A DNA stretch of 64,000 nt, from NCBI GenBank assembly GCA_044892525.1, contig CM097885.1, positions 50,904,001-50,968,000 on the forward strand, read 5' to 3'. The translations under genes and the position numbers were made by a program. Each line of letters starts with the position of its first letter. The first letter of the stretch is position 1. Under the pieces are notes generated by a model. That model was not told the DNA's origin, made no database searches, and saw only the letters and a program-made list of their open reading frames with translations. This DNA comes from Schmidtea polychroa. Lineage: Eukaryota. Of this stretch, positions 63,562-64,000 are shown in pieces.

Positions 63562-64000
63562 CATATAACGGGAGAGGAAATCAAATATCCGAAAAACATT
63601 ACATCACATAAAGCTGTAAACTTCTAATTTACAAATATCAAAAGAGATTTTATAATTTATCGAAAGTTTTCTAATTTTACCAATAAATAATTTGAAGTGT
63701 AAAACATTTTTAATTTCTAGATTCGTAATCAACACTATCGAAATACTCACGAACAGTAAAAATGTTCATGCAACAGTGAAAAAGTTGAAAATTGTCATGT
63801 AGTGTTGCCGGTTATGTTACCAATAAATCGGTATCGGTAACATAGTTTTTGAAGAATATCAAAACGAAATTAGGTTTTTATTTAAAAGAAAAACAATGCA
63901 ATATATGTCTAAAGATTTTTAAAAATATTTTTATTTTTAATATAAATTTATTATATATTTATTATATATTTATTATAAATTTATTATATTTTATTATATA

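Overview
Very AT-rich eukaryotic DNA with abundant (AAT)n/(TA)n microsatellites and no intact host gene that I can support. The composition suggests a planarian or similar invertebrate, but that is an inference. The dominant feature is a young, full-length 17.1-kb Ty3/Gypsy LTR retroelement (18376-35502) with 1059-bp LTRs differing at about 3 positions, an ATAT target-site duplication, a tRNA-Trp PBS and a PPT. Its ~9.6-kb coding region reconstructs, across 3 frameshifts and 3 stops, to one ~3,200-aa polyprotein with an unusual order: Gag / two helical+ubiquitin-like modules / Bcl-2-like domain / signal-anchor / chuvirus-like class III envelope glycoprotein / PR-RT-RH-IN / signal peptide / FN3-like ectodomain. 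The envelope therefore lies between gag and pol. A 5-kb 3' region carries small sense and spliced antisense genes. A second striking feature is a decayed group IC1 self-splicing intron (11042-12201) with an HNH homing endonuclease in its P2.1 loop, inserted into the YxG^P motif of a Maverick/adintovirus-type PLA2 gene. The rest is a transposon graveyard (hAT, Tc1/mariner, Penelope elements with hammerhead ribozymes, MITEs, solo LTRs) plus an actin pseudogene. All domain calls are by-eye motif recognition, not database searches.
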